A DNA stretch of 64,000 nucleotides from Mobula hypostoma (GCF_963921235.1 NC_086109.1:28770001-28834000), one strand, 5' to 3'; positions 49,401 to 63,168 are shown, counted from the stretch's first letter. Program-made: numbers and translations. Notes: generated by a model from the sequence alone, not told the origin.

Positions 49401-51439
49401 TTATTAATAGTTTACTTTCTGAAAAGTTAGAAGTATATCAGATTAAGAACAAAAACAATGATTGTGAAAACATTTCTTAAAACTTAGAGAAATGTCAGAG
49501 TCACGGGTAAAGCAACTTAAAATGTAACAGAATACAAATGATAACACCTTTGTCACTGGATTAGTGGGACTTTGCTCCATGCAACAAAGTACTTTCTTGG
49601 TGATAATAATGTACCTTGAAGAGACAATGTTTCAGGAAGGTGACATCCGACAACAGGGTGCCCCACCATTTGGGTCATGCCCTCTTCTCAATGCCTCCAT
49701 CAGGCAAAAGTGACAGGACCCAGAAAACCCACATCTCAAGCTTGAATATCAGCTTCATCATTGCCATCAGGTTCCTGAGCTGAACTGAATAAAATCTTAA
49801 CACGACTGCAGGCTATATTCCTTTTTCTCTTTCCCAACTTGTAATGCTGTCATTATGCTTATTTTGTTGCTTCAATTATGTATAATTTATATTAAGTTTA
49901 TATTAACAGAGTAATGAATGTACTGTGTTGCTGCAAAAAAAAAACAATTTTTATGACATTTATATGGTGTAGGTATGCACCTGAGCTTGAACTTGTACAC
50001 CTTCATACATTATTCACCAAATTAGTAAGGGTGAGACCTGTGGCATAAGCTCCCAATTCTCCTTCTGACAAACCTGATACCTCTGGACCATGAGCTATTT
50101 ATTGGGTTCCTTTAGTGCGGTCTTCTGCCAATTTCAGATGAACCCTCCCCCTACCCAATCCACACCCTACTCCAGGGCAACTCCCATTCCTGATCATACA
50201 ATACTGTTGCAGTTCATGGTGTTACTGCTGATACTCTCTGGTATATCTGTCTTGGCGTGGGTCAGAAATGGATTCTGTTCTGTTTTGTCTCAGTCCCAAT
50301 GATGTTCGCCCTTGCCATATCTTAACTTACCCTCTCAATAGCTCAGGTAATGACTAAGCATGGTTGTTGTAGTTTTGGCTTCCTCTTACTAATTTCAGGA
50401 AAGAGCTATAGACTTACGCAAAAAAAATTGCTTGAATTTCCAGCATCTGTAGATTTCCTCGTGTGTGCATAGACTTACTCTTAGGGCCTTGACCATAACT
50501 TATGTCTCAGTTAACATCAGAGACTTCATGGTTATTATCAGATTGTTGTTTGTTGGACCGTACTGCCATGTTTCCCACATTATAACACATGTTAATCATT
50601 CGTTGCAGCCTGCAAAGGACTTTAGGGTAGTCTTAAATAAATGTGAAAGAAAATGTAGAATTTTGAGTCTCATGTACTTCTGATTGCTGAAGCACAAACA
50701 GGCTACCTTGTGCTGTATTACTCTACTGACTGGCATTGAAAATGTGGTCCCTACAACTGAATGAGCACAATGTTATGGCTTGTCAATCAGTGTGTATTTC
50801 ACCTCACCTCAATTACTGATGGAAGTGTGACAAAAATGGTAATCTTGTAGAATGTCATGTGGCATAAGCTTAAAAACAATTCCATACTTTTACAATTTTG
50901 TTCTAATATATAGTTGCATCAATACTTTTCATTCTATGATGAATACCCATGCACATGTCTCAGCCTACTCAAGTTGCACAGTGACACAGCTAGTGGAGTT
51001 GGTGTCCCATTCTGTTAAGGTAAATTAAGTTAGAAGATTATTGTCACTGCTGAGTTCAACAAGATTGCAGTGCCACTATAGTGCAACACAGCATAGAAAC
51101 ACAATGACTAAGTTTAAAACAACACCTGAGTTATGTAGAGTGACATCCAAGTTACAATAGAATTAAAGACAAACAACTCTCAAATTGGTCCTGAAGAAGG
51201 GTCTCGGCCCAAAATGTCTACTGTTTACTCCTTTCCATAGATGCTGCATGACCGGTTGAGTTCCACCAGCATTTTGTGTGTGTGACTCGAAAATGCGGCA
51301 TTATTCAGTCACGTGACAGCCCTGGAGAGAAAGTTGTTTTCAGTCTGGATGTTCATGCAGAGATGTTTCTGTATCACCTGCTGGATGGTTGGAGATTGAA
51401 CAGGTGATTACTGGGGAGGAATGAGTCCGTCACCATTTT

Positions 51440-51605
51440 GCGACACAGGTTTAATCTTGCCCTTTGGTACTTTCTGTGTGGAATTTGCACATTCTCCTTG
51501 TGAATGCGTAGGCTTCCCCTGGGTGCTTGATTTCCCCTCACACCCTAAACACATGCTGGTTGATAGGATAATTGACTGCCGTAAATTGCCCTTAGTGTGG
51601 GGGTT
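51440..51605 (+). mobile_element. V-SINE fragment (HE1-like)
   Basis: V-domain-like CTGTGTGGAATTTGCACATTCTCCTTGTGAATGCGTAGGCTTCCCCTGGGTGCT. Confidence 0.75.
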
Positions 51606-52647
51606 AAGGGTAAAAACTGAAGGTGAGTTGATGATAATGTAAGAAGAATAAATAGGAATTTGGATTGATTTGTTAGTGTTACATGTAGCCAGATACAATG
51701 AAAAGTATCTTTGCAAGCCAGCCATAAAGACTATTTCAAATCAGAAGTACATTAAGGTAGAACAAGTGAAAAGCAATAATATAATGCAGAACATAGTGTT
51801 ACAATTACAGAGAAAGTGCAGAGCAAGTAGATAAATAAGGGGAGAGGGTCATGGTGAGGTTGATTGTGAGGTCAAGTGTTCATCTATATTGTACAGGAGA
51901 TCCATTCAAGAGCCTTATAATAGTGGATTAGAAGCTGACTTTTAGCTTGGTGGTTGGTGTGCACTTTGAGCCCGAAGGAAGGGTAAAGAAGAGAGAACGT
52001 TCTAGGTGGGGTTAATATTTGATTATGCCGCTTCCTTTTCCGAGGCAGCGAGGTGTGTAGACGGAGTTAATAGAAGAGAGGCTAGTTTTCCTAATGGCCT
52101 GAGCTCTGTCCACAGCCCTCTAAAATTTCTTCTGGTCCTGAACAAAGCAGTTGCCGTACCAAGCTGCGATGGGTCTGGATTGAATGCTTTCAGTGGTCCA
52201 TCTATAAAAATTGGTGAGGCTGAATGGGAACATTCTAAATTTCTTAATTGGACTGATATAAAAATGAATGGTATCAGCAAGGTGGGGCTGAAGGGCCTTT
52301 TCTGTGTTGTATGCCTATGCCTCTGAAAGCCACCAACTCCATTCTCATGTTCCCCCACCACTATGATCCCCAATGTTCTGATACAGTTCTGGCAGCACCT
52401 ACAGAAACAGAAAAAAGAACTTAATACTTAATTTCATTTAATCATAACGCTTTCAAACTGCTGATCCTCTTGTCTCAAATTGGGTTATCGGTCATTCATT
52501 CCATCATGTTTCATGATTAAGTTAACATTCACAACTTATTACAGTATGTATTTAAGATTGATTTTTGTACAGTTAACATTTAAGTGCAATTCACCTTGTT
52601 CACAGAGATTGGAGACTAGTGTTTTATTGGTCAAAGTCCAGTTCTTA

Positions 52648-52935
52648 TGGTCGCAGTTAGTGCGACACCATTACAGCCCAGGATGTTACAGAGTTGATGT
52701 GTTCAGCTCCGGTGCTGTTCTCCAAGGTGTCTCAGTACCTCCTCCCCCTGAAATGCGTGGGTTTCCTCTGGGTCTTCCAGTTTTCCCCTCACAATCCAAA
52801 GACAATCCAGGTAGGTTATAAATGATCCCGAGATTAGGTTGGGGTTGATTGGGTTCTTTAGGGTTTGCTGGGTGGTGCGGCTCGAAGGGCTGGAAGGGCC
52901 TCCTCCACACTGTATCGCAAAATAAATAAATAAAA
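52648..52935 (+). mobile_element. V-SINE with CR1-like 3' tail
   Basis: TGCGTGGGTTTCCTCTGGGTCTTCCAGTTTTCCCCTCACAATCCAAAGAC core; tail GGGCTGGAAGGGCCT...CTGTATC (TAAA)n. Confidence 0.75.
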
Positions 52936-54499
52936 TCATACATTTTGAGCTTCTTCTCCATTTCATTGGATTTATTAGCTGCATCTATAATGTTTTAATA
53001 TTCATTTTTTTCCATTTTATGAAATTATTTATTTTCTATACTTTCTTAATGCAACTGAATGTCTTATACAATTGAAAATATTCAAAGTCCTTGATAGATA
53101 TAATAGCGTAACACTGCAGAGAGAATGGGAGGGTGACTTTGTTGGCTGTGAGCTTTTCAGCTATTTCAAAGGTGTTGTTTGGCCTCAATCAGCCTCAGCC
53201 ACACAGCTTCACTCAGCATGATGACATTGTATCACACGAGGCTCTGCTGCCCGGCTTCACCTCCAATTGATCAGAGCAGGACGAGAACGTGGACAACAGA
53301 ATGAGGACTTTAATATTCATGCAAAATAAACAAAGTTCCAGTGGTTAACAAACTCAATGGAAAATAGAAACTCTAATATAGGACATACATATGAAGTGCA
53401 GGAAAGAACTGTATGGTGAATTAGATCCCAGGGGAACCATTCCTCATTATACACCTGAAATGTATTTTCTCTCTCACAGCTTCCTTTTGGGACAGTGGAG
53501 AGATCAGAAGATGTGGTGGCAAAGTCAAGGTGATTATTACCTACTTATAAGTGTGAACAGTGCTGTTTCATTGTTAAGGGTCAGCAGGGAATTAAGAAGC
53601 AGAGGGCAGAAAGGTGAAATTGTTGGAGGATACCATTCTCTCTTCTCTCTTCTCCCATCAGGCAGAAGGTACGAGAGCCTGAAAGCACCTACCACCATGC
53701 AATGGACAGCTTCTACCCTGCTTTTTACAGACTCCTGAACAGACCTCTTCTACGATAAGATGAACTCTTGACCTCACAATCTACCTCATAATGACGTGCA
53801 TTTTATTGCCTACTTGTATTGCACTTTCTCTGTAGTTTTTCACTTTATTCTGCATTGCATTATTTTGTCTTTTTTCTATCTCAGTGCACCGTGTGATGCT
53901 TTGATCTGTACATGCAACATAAGCTTTTCACTTCACCTTGACATATGTGACAATAGTGAACCAATACCAAGTAACAGTCCAGGTAAAGAAACCTTCAGGT
54001 GAGTCATGACCTAGGATAGAAATAAATCCAGTCCAACAGTGGTCTCTCACAAGCAGGAACTTAAATAAATATACGGTCAGTATCTCTGTGCTAAGATTTT
54101 CAGATTGATAAGGGTTGGCTTGGTACATTGATAGGGGCAGAAGTTGTGATTCAGAAGTTCTAGAAAGGATGAGGTATGAAGGAGTAGCTGTCAATCAGGA
54201 ATAAAGTCAGCTAAGGAGACAGCATATGTGCAACAGATAAGAAACTACAAAAAGAACATTAGCAATGAGCCTAATGGCTTGTGGAGTGGCTGAGATGGTC
54301 ATCTACACCATTTTAATTAGTGAAAAAGAATCAGTGATTTCATCACAAATACTTGGGATGAGGAATAAGATAAAGAAGATGCCTACCATGAAAACTGAAA
54401 GTGGAAGTTATCTTTTCATTGATTGATGCACAATCTATATAGAAGGAAGTAGAGCCAAGAGTGGCTTATATGGTTCAGGCATGTCTGGCAGTGAATGGT

Positions 54500-54900
54500 T
54501 TATTTCAAAGTTTGAAAAAGTTCAATGTAAACTTTATTATCAAAGTACATATAAACAACCCTGAGGTTCATCTTCTTGTGGGCAAACTCAGCAAATCTAT
54601 AGAATGGTAACTATAACAGGATCAATGAATGACCAGAGTGCAGAAGATGACAAACTATGCAAATGCAAATATAAATGAACAGTACCAAATAATGAAAACA
54701 TGCAATAATAAGATAAAGAGTCCTTGAAAGTGAGATTGTTGGTTGAGGGAACATTCAATGATGGAGCGAGGGAAGTTGAGTGTAGTTATCCCCTTTTATT
54801 CAAGAGCCTAATGGTTGAGGGCTAATAACTGCTCTTGAACCTGGTGGTGTGGGTCCTGAGGCTCTTGTACCTTCTACCTGATGGCAGCAGAAAGAACCTG
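54500..54900 (-). mobile_element. Rex1/Babar-like 3' fragment
   Basis: LLPSGRRYKSLRTHTTRFKSSY. Confidence 0.85.
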
Positions 54901-55718
54901 GTGTCATATCCAGTCAGATCAGCATTCCTGAGACCTGCAGGAGAAAAGTTGAGATATGTACTAAATGCAATATAAGGAAATATTAAAAAATTAAGAGGGT
55001 CTAGGACATCAAATGCAGAGATGAAGGGGTTGATTGAAGTAACATTGTAATATCTAATATACCTAATACCTAACAACATTGTAATAGCATTAAGTATTGA
55101 GACTTTGAAAATGAAATGTATTTGAATGGAATAGAGATTTACTATTTATAAGGGTAGATAAAACTTATATATGGTTATGAAGGATTTAGGGATGCAAGTT
55201 GAAAATAATACAAGGAAGGGATTCGAGTTGACAATATCTGTAATTGAGACTGGGTGTACAAGCCTACTTGAGATGGTTGAGAGTGACAATCAAACAAGGA
55301 GAAAATACCAGAGGTGTAGGATAGACCCAGACCTTTTCCAGCTAACATAATGTATTACCTTCTCTTTTAAGATTTTATAATAATTTTGTGAATTATATTC
55401 TGGGCAATTACTGTGGGTGGATGAAATTTTACACTATCCGTAACATGTATTTTAACAGACAAGATTTTTAATATGCAACCAGCGTAGTTAAATTAGTAGC
55501 AGAACTCGTGTTTAAATATTGTGCTTTCCAAAGCTGAAGATAAAACCATTTTGTTCATGTGGAGTGACAGACCTTTGTTTATTCTTCTGTCTGTAGTGGA
55601 CTTGTAACAAAAGGGTGGTAAAGGTGGTCAAATGGAGCTCAAGTTGCCTGAGCATCTGGTGTATTGCCATAATTACCTTAATTAACTCAGGGATCAGATA
55701 CTACCCTGGCACAAAATG

Positions 55719-55734
55719 GGTTGCTATAGCAACC
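55719..55734. promoter_or_regulatory. RFX X-box-like perfect palindrome
   Basis: GGTTGCTATAGCAACC is a 16-bp palindrome matching the X-box consensus GTTNCCATGGNAAC / GTTGCYATRGCAAC, in unique sequence. Confidence 0.55.
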
Positions 55735-56720
55735 AAATTGTGGTCTTTCCCAAGGGCTTAGGCCTCCTAATTCATTTAGGAGAAGACGTGGTAATTCACA
55801 GTGCCGACTGTGACCCTGGGGTGTATTATATCACTGCATGTGCACCTGTCTGCTATGGAGTTTTAATGAGATCAGTGAGGCTTGTCGCAAATATATGTTG
55901 CTATGTTGCTGTTAATAAAATGAAATTATTGTTTAAATAATCTGCTGTTCTGAGATGTGCAAAAATTTTAAAAAGCAACAACATTGTACTTGAGAGGCTT
56001 GGAACTGAAGGGGATCCTAACGCTATTTCTCATGTCATAGAGTTTTTCTTTTCTTTTTCATCTTTTTCCTTTCCCAGAGTTCTAACTTACTGTAGTAAGT
56101 ATTAATTTCATAACATCTAGCAATTTGACAGCTTCTGAAATGTTGGTCCTGTTTTATTGTCTATTATCACTGTTTTTGTTGCCGTTCTGTACTGTCAAGT
56201 TCATTTATATTGTATTCTGTTATCTTCCAAGATATAATTTACAAGGTACTTCTACACAAAATATTTCATGTAAAATAGAGATTGTCTCTGCAGTGACTTT
56301 GCTAATTGTTATTTATTTTGCTCGACTACATCCTTCCATTGTTCAGTTTTGCTTTCATTCTTGTTTACTTGTCTAAGCATGTGAAGGAAGCAGGAGGTCT
56401 GCATATAAAACTGCAACCTTCTAGTGACAAGCAAATTGTGCCAGATAATTAGAGAGCAGTCAGTGTAACACCCTTCTTCAAGAAGACTGAGGCAGATGAG
56501 CTGAAGATCAGATAGCTTATCACAGTTGTGGAAAGACACTTTGGATGCATTAGATGAGACTAAATTAATGCACTATGTTCCCTTGTTGTCCAACTTGACT
56601 CAGGGTAGCCAATTCTTGACCTTCTGTGTTATCATTAAAAATATTGGCATAGATCGTCACTCTCAGTTAATGCAATAACATATGCCTGTTGAACTCTGCT
56701 ATCAAAATCAATGTGACCAA

Positions 56721-56845
56721 AGCAACACACATCAAAGTTGCTGGTGAACGCAGCAGGCCAGGCAGCATCTCTAGGAAGAGGTACAGTCGACGTTTCAGGC
56801 CGAGATCCTTCGTCAGGACTAACTGAAAGAAGAGCTAGTAAGAGA
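56721..56845 (-). mobile_element. Penelope terminal fragment with intact hammerhead core (56784-56821)
   Basis: Minus strand AGTC CTGACGA AGGATCTCGGCCT GAAAC GTC GACTG; otherwise nearly identical to the 36853-36950 and 48520-48648 segments. Confidence 0.88.
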
Positions 56846-57479
56846 TTATATAAACAGGTGGGGCAGACTAACGGCCTTATTTAAAGAGGCTACCATTATT
56901 TGCAGGTTAAATAATGCTTGATTTTAATTGGCTGTTGTTCTGGTAGTCCAAAGATCTTGTGTTTTTTTTAAAGAGTTCATTAGAAGTTGCTATAGAGTGA
57001 ATGTGCCATGTGACATTGAAACTAATAAGCAAATGAATGTACTGCAGGACCTGTTATATGATGACAAAGGGTAAAGAGCCCTCAGTGGGAAGCTACGTCC
57101 AGCTTGCATCATCAGCAGCAACTCTCCTAAGTGAAGAATGCAGGGAAATATTGTACAATGTGATGGTGGTCCAGTGAAATGTCCACACTGGAAAGCATTG
57201 CCTGCCACAGACAGCACAACCTTAGAGCAGGGGAAGGGCCACATCATTGGTGGGTGTTGAAGGTGCGGGGACTGGAGCTGAAGAGATTTTCAAAATCTCC
57301 CAGACCACCAATTGCCGTTGCATACTGCAGGCCAATGGTGCACTCTGTTCATCTGAATATACCTTTTTCTCTTTAGCTTTTTTTTCCCCATGGTGCTGAA
57401 TGCCATTGACTGTTCACCTAACACGTTAAGAGAGTTTCACTTCCTGGATGTGTAGTTGTTGTGTGATCATACATCCTGT

Positions 57480-58040
57480 AATAGATTGTAGAATGACACA
57501 GCATAGAAGCATTCCCTTTGGTCCAAATCATCAATGCCAGCCAAGATGCTCATCTAAGCCAGTCCACCTTAGAACCATGTTGCTCAAAACATTTCCTGCT
57601 CAAGTTCAAATGATTTTTAAATCCTATTATTGTACCTGCCTCAACCACTTCCTGTGGCGGTTCATTCAATATACGCACTAATTGCAGTATGAAGAAAGGT
57701 TGATTTCAGCTTCCTATTAGACCTTTCTCCCTTTCACCTTAGACCTTGATTCCCCAACTCTGGAAGAAAAAGAATGGGTAATTTCATCCCAGCTGTGTGT
57801 ATCTTTGCCCCTCTTTACATTATACGCCTCTGTAAGATCACTCAGTCTCTTATACGCTAACCAATAAAGGTCTGCCCGACCCTCAAGTCTTGGCAAGATT
57901 CTTGTAAATACTTTCTGCACTTTTTCATGTTTATGGTACTCATCTTTCCTATAGCAAAATGACCAAACTGAACACAATCCTTGAAATGTGGCCTCGTCAG
58001 CATTTGTACGACTGAAACATAATATAACGACTTCTATAGC
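57480..58040 (-). mobile_element. CR1 3' fragment, decayed
   Basis: EKVQKVFTRILPRLEG. Confidence 0.8.
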
Positions 58041-58099
58041 TCAATGTGCAAATAAGAGGAAGGTAGGCTCAAGTGGAGTGGATATTGTTGGAGCTGCCA

Positions 58100-61000
58100 T
58101 TATCAGTGTGTGCCAGTGATAGCATGTGAAGGCTTTGGCTTAACGGGCTTCAGTGTGAACAGGCAGAGGCATGGCTAAAAAGATGTAAGTCTACTTTTCC
58201 CAGTATAGAGTAGACAGGATCGAATGCTCCTCCCGTCAGATGTGGGAATTCAGGACACCTGACGGTTTCCCTGATGACTTACATCTTTAGGAAGTGCACA
58301 CCCAACTTCAGCACCTGACTGACCAGGTCAAGGAGTTGGAACTGGAGCTGGATGTACTCAGAATCATTTGGAAGGCTGAAGATATTATAGATGAAACTTT
58401 TGAAGAGGTTGTCACACCCAGGGTGTAGGCTTCAGACTGTAGATGGGTGACCAGAAGGAGAGGTGGGGAGATTAAGAAGCCAGTGCAGGATACTCCTGTG
58501 GTCATTTCCCTTGGCAACAAGTACAGCTTTTTGGATACTGCTGATCAGATCACGACAGCTGCAGCCATGCTGGTAGCACTGTGGCTGGCTCTGAGGCTCG
58601 ACAGGGAAGGGTTAAGTCAGGAAGTGCAGTAGTGACAAGGGACTTGATAATTAGGGGGACAGAAAGGAGATTCTGTGGCCGCAAGAGAGACATCAGGATG
58701 GGGTGTTTCCTCCCAGATGCATAGGTCCCTGATGCATCAGAGTGGTTGCAGAATATTCTTGAGGGGGAGCCCCGAGAGGTTGTGGTGCATATTGGTACCA
58801 ATGAAATAGGCAGAAAAGGGGAAGAGGTCCTATGCCAAGAGTATATAGAGTTAGGAAACAGGCTGAAGAGAAGGACCTCCAAGGGAGTAATCTCCAGATT
58901 ATTCTCTGTGCCACGGGCAAGTACAGGTAGGAATGGGGCGATAGCATGGAGGAATGAGTGGCTGAGGAGATGGTGCAGGGGACAGGGTTTCAGGTTCTTG
59001 GATCATTGGAACCTTTTCTGGGGAAGGGGTGACCTGTAGAAGAGGGATGGGTTACACCTGAACTTGAGGGGAACCAATATCCTGGCCAGGACATTTGCTA
59101 ATGCTACTCGGGAGAGTTTAAACTAGTTTTGCAGGGGTCTGGTAACCAGAGCCCTGGGTCAGTAAGGGAAGGATTGGACTGGAAGGTAGATGTCAGGGAA
59201 AGTATTGTAAAGCAAAATCGAAATAACAGGTATAATGGGTCAAATTGTTTGAGGTGTATATATTTTAATGCTAGGAGTATTATGGGTAAGGGTGACGAAC
59301 TTAGGGCATGCATCAGTGCATGGAACCATGATGATGTAGCCATTGCTGAAACTTGGCTGAGAGAGGGGCAGGAAGGGTGATTGATGTACCAGGTTTTCTA
59401 AGTTTAAGAAGAGGAGGAGGTAAAAGAGGTGGGGGATGGGGGAGTTGCACTACTAAACAGGGACACTATCACAGCTGCACTTAGAGGAGACATAATGGAG
59501 GGGTCAGACACCGAGTCCATTTGGATAGAACTCCTGAATAGGAAGGGTGCAATCACACTGATGGGATTGTACTACAGATCCCCTAATAGCCACTGGGACA
59601 TTGAGGAACAGGTATGTAATCAGATTAAGCAAATGTGTAAAAATAGTAGGGTTGTTGTCATGGGGGTATTTCAACTTCCCTAATATAAACTGGGACCTTC
59701 CTAGTGCAAGGGGTTTAGATGGGGCAGAATTGTTTAAGTGTATCCAGGAAGGTTTCTTATATCAATATGTGGACGGTCTAATGAAAGCAGGGGCCATACT
59801 GGACCTGGTGTTTAGTAATGAGCCTGATCAGGTGACTGACCTTTAATTGGGTAAACAATTATGGAACAGTGACCATAACTCCTTAATTTTCAGAATAGGT
59901 TTAGATAAAGATAGGTATAGTCCTTGAGGGAGAGTTTTAAATTGGAGTCGGGTAAATTATGAGGGCAATAGGCAGGAACTAAGAAGCGTTAATTGATAAC
60001 ACCTTTTCTCTGGCAAGTCCACATTGGACATGTGGAGGATGTTTAAAGCTCAATTGCACAGAGTACAGGAAAGGTATGTTCTTGTTAGAAGGAAGGACAG
60101 GGATGGAAAGATAAGAAAACTTTGGATGTTCAGAGTGGTGATGAATTTACTCAAGATGAAAAAGGAAAAGTATGTAAATTTTCAGAAGTTAGGATCAAAT
60201 GAAGCACATGAGGAGTATAAAGAAGCCAGAAAAGAAATAAAGAAGGGAATTAGGAAAGACAGGAGGGGCCATGAAAATTCCTTGGCAAGCAGGATTATGG
60301 TGAATCCCAAGAAAATTTATACATACACCCAGAACGAAAGGGTAACCAAGGAAAGGGTGGGACAATTCAAGGATAAAGGGGGGAACATTTGCTTGGATAT
60401 GGAGGATGTGAGTGAGGTACTTAATAAGCACATTGCTTCAGTATTTATCAAGGAGAAAGATATGGAGGACCAGGAGATCAGTGCTGATTTTATAAATGTG
60501 GTAAGGCATTTAGAGGTCAAGTAAGAGGAAGTGTTGGGCCTCCTAATGAGTATTAATGTAAATAAGTCCCCAGAGCCTGATGGGATTTACCCCAAGTTAT
60601 TGAAGGAGTCAAGAGAAGAGAATCCTTGACCAATATCTTCATGTCCTCTCTAGCCACAGGTGAGGTCCCAGAGGACTGATGAGGGGCGAACGTTGTATCT
60701 CCATTTAAGAAGGGAAAAATGAAAAATCCTGGGAACTATAGACCGGTGAGTCTCACATCAGAGGGTAGTGGTTGAAGGGACTTACTTGAGCTGGAGGTCT
60801 GTAATTAGTGGTGTTCTGCAGGGTTCTGTGCTGGAACCTCTGCTGTTTGTGAAGTATTTAAATGACATGGATGAAAATGTAGACGGGTGGGTTCATAAGT
60901 TTGTGGATGATACCAAGAATGGAGGAGTTGCAGATATTGTAGAAGACTGGCAAAGAATACAGCATGATATAGCTCAGTTACAGATATGGGCAGAGAAATG

Positions 61001-61780
61001 GCAGATGGAGTTTAACCCAGATAAATGTGAGATGTTGCACATTGGTATGACAAATACAAGGAAACAGTATACAGTTAAGAGCAAGTTCCTTAACAGTGTT
61101 GCTGAGCAGAGAGATCTTGGAATCCAAGTTCATAGCTCCCTAAAAGTGGCTATTTATTAGTTGAGACATTGAGTTCATAAGCCAAGAGTTTACGTCGCAA
61201 CTTTATAAAACTCTGGTTAGGCCACATCTGAAGTACTGTATACAGCTCTTGTTGTCCCATTATGGAAGATGTTGAGGCTTTGGAGAGGGTGCAGATGAAT
61301 TTTACCAGGATGCTGCCTGGTTTAGAGGACATGTGCTATCATAAAAGGTTAGATAAACTTGGGTTATTTTCTCTAGAGTGCCAGAGGCTGAGGGGAGATC
61401 TGATAGAGGTTTACTAGATTACGAGAGGGACAGATATAATACCATCTGTTTCCCAGAGTTGAAATATCTAATACCAGAGAGCATGCATTGAAGGTGAGAG
61501 GGGTAGGTTCAAGGGGGATGTGACGGGTAAGTTTTTTTACTCAGAGAAGATGTGGATGCATGGAATGCACTGCCTGGGATGGTGGTAGATGTAAATACAT
61601 TTGAAGCTTTTAAGAGACATTTGGATAGGCACATGGATTTAAGGAAGATGGAGGGATATGGACATGATGTAGGTAGGAGGGATTAGTTTTTGGGTGTTTT
61701 TGATTTATACTTTAGCTGCTTTTGGCACAACGTTGTGGGCTGAATGGCCTGTTTCTGGACTGTACTGTTCTATGTTCGAT
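58100..61780 (+). mobile_element. Near full-length decayed CR1: ORF1 (zinc finger, coiled coil, SGNH esterase) and ORF2 (APE endonuclease, RT with internal deletion)
   Basis: ORF1: LQHLTDQVKELELELDVLR, EVVVHIGTNEI, RDGLHLN. ORF2: CIYFNARSI, AETWL, GLYYRSPN, LDLVFSN, SDHN, GVLQGSVLEP, KFVDD. Complete 3' UTR. Confidence 0.93.
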
Positions 61781-61789
61781 GTCTTGAAG

Positions 61790-63010
61790 TCCCTCTCGGT
61801 TCTACAAACCTCCCCAGGGTCTGACCATTCGTCGTGAAAGTAAACCCTAGTTTGACTTCATGAAATGCAACCCCTTGCACTTACTTAAATTAAATTCCAT
61901 TTGCCACTTTTTGGTCCATTTTCCAAATGGTTAAGATCCCTGCTGTAATTCTTGTTATTCATCTTCACTCTCTTTGATACCACCTATTTTAATGTCGTCT
62001 ACAAACGTGCCTACTGGGCCCTATACATTCTCATTCAAATTATTGCTATAGATGACAAATAACTATGAACCAAGCACTGACCAAGATACATTGGTCATGT
62101 GTCTCTACTCTGAGAAACAATCTTTTACCAGTATCCCTTGCTTCCTTCAATCAACCAATTTTGTATCCAGTTTGCTAGCTCACCCTGGATCCCATATAAT
62201 CTAACCTTCCTGTGCAGTGTACAATCTGGAAACTTGCTGAAGCCCACTTAGATCAGATCTATTGCTCTGCCATCATTGCAGCCTTCTTGGCTACTTCAAA
62301 AAACTCAGTCTAATTCATAAGTCACGATCTCCCATGCACAAAGCCATGTTGACTATCCCTAATCAACCCCTGTCTTTCTAAATAAATGTAGATCTTATCC
62401 CTCAGAATCCCTTCCAATATTATGCTTACCACAGATGTTGTCCTTACTGATCTATAGTCCCCAGGTTATTCTTTGCAACTCTTCTTAAAAAAAGGCAGAA
62501 CATTAGCCATCATCCAGACTTCAGATACCTCACCTGTCACTCAAAATAATGCATATATCTCAGCCAGGGATCCCTAACCTTCTTCTCCAGCTTCCTGCAG
62601 CATTCTTGGATGTACATGAATAGGCCCTGGAGATTTATTTATCTTCATATGTTTTAAAATGCCCTGAACACCTCTCTACTTTAATGAGGGCTCTCCTCCA
62701 GACATCCTCATTAACTGTTCTGAGCTCCCTAGTGTTCATATCTTTTTCCAAGGTAAAAACAGAGAAATGTTCACTTCCTGTGGCTGTTGCTGATCCACAC
62801 ATAGATATCCAGCTTAGTCCTTGAGGAGTCCTATTTGTCCCCAGTAACTCTTTTTATATTAACATACTTATAAAAACTCTTTGTATTCTTATTTTTTTCC
62901 TGACAAAGCTATCTTAGGCCTCCTAATTTTGCCCTCCTAATTTCCTTCTTAAGTTAACACCTGCAAACCCAATACTCCTCCACTTGTTTCTAGCTGTCTG
63001 TACCTGAATA
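61790..63010 (-). mobile_element. CR1 ORF2 fragment, heavily decayed
   Basis: Minus-strand remnants of KSPG, QHGFVHGRS and FVDDIKIGG. Confidence 0.75.
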
Positions 63011-63168
63011 CAATTCACTGAAGTCATTAGGTCTTCTGTTGTTCAGTTGAACGTTCTACCTAAAACCTTAATGCTCTGGTTCCACTTTCCACAAATGCTA
63101 CCTAACCACCTTGGGTTTAGAATCCAAATCCAATTTATTGTCATTGACGTATTAGGCCAAAAGACATA

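Noticed and set aside
53480..53529. Possible plus-strand exon after TTTTCTCTCTCACAG
   Set aside because: The donor GTGATT is weak and the peptide is unrecognised; there is no partner exon support.
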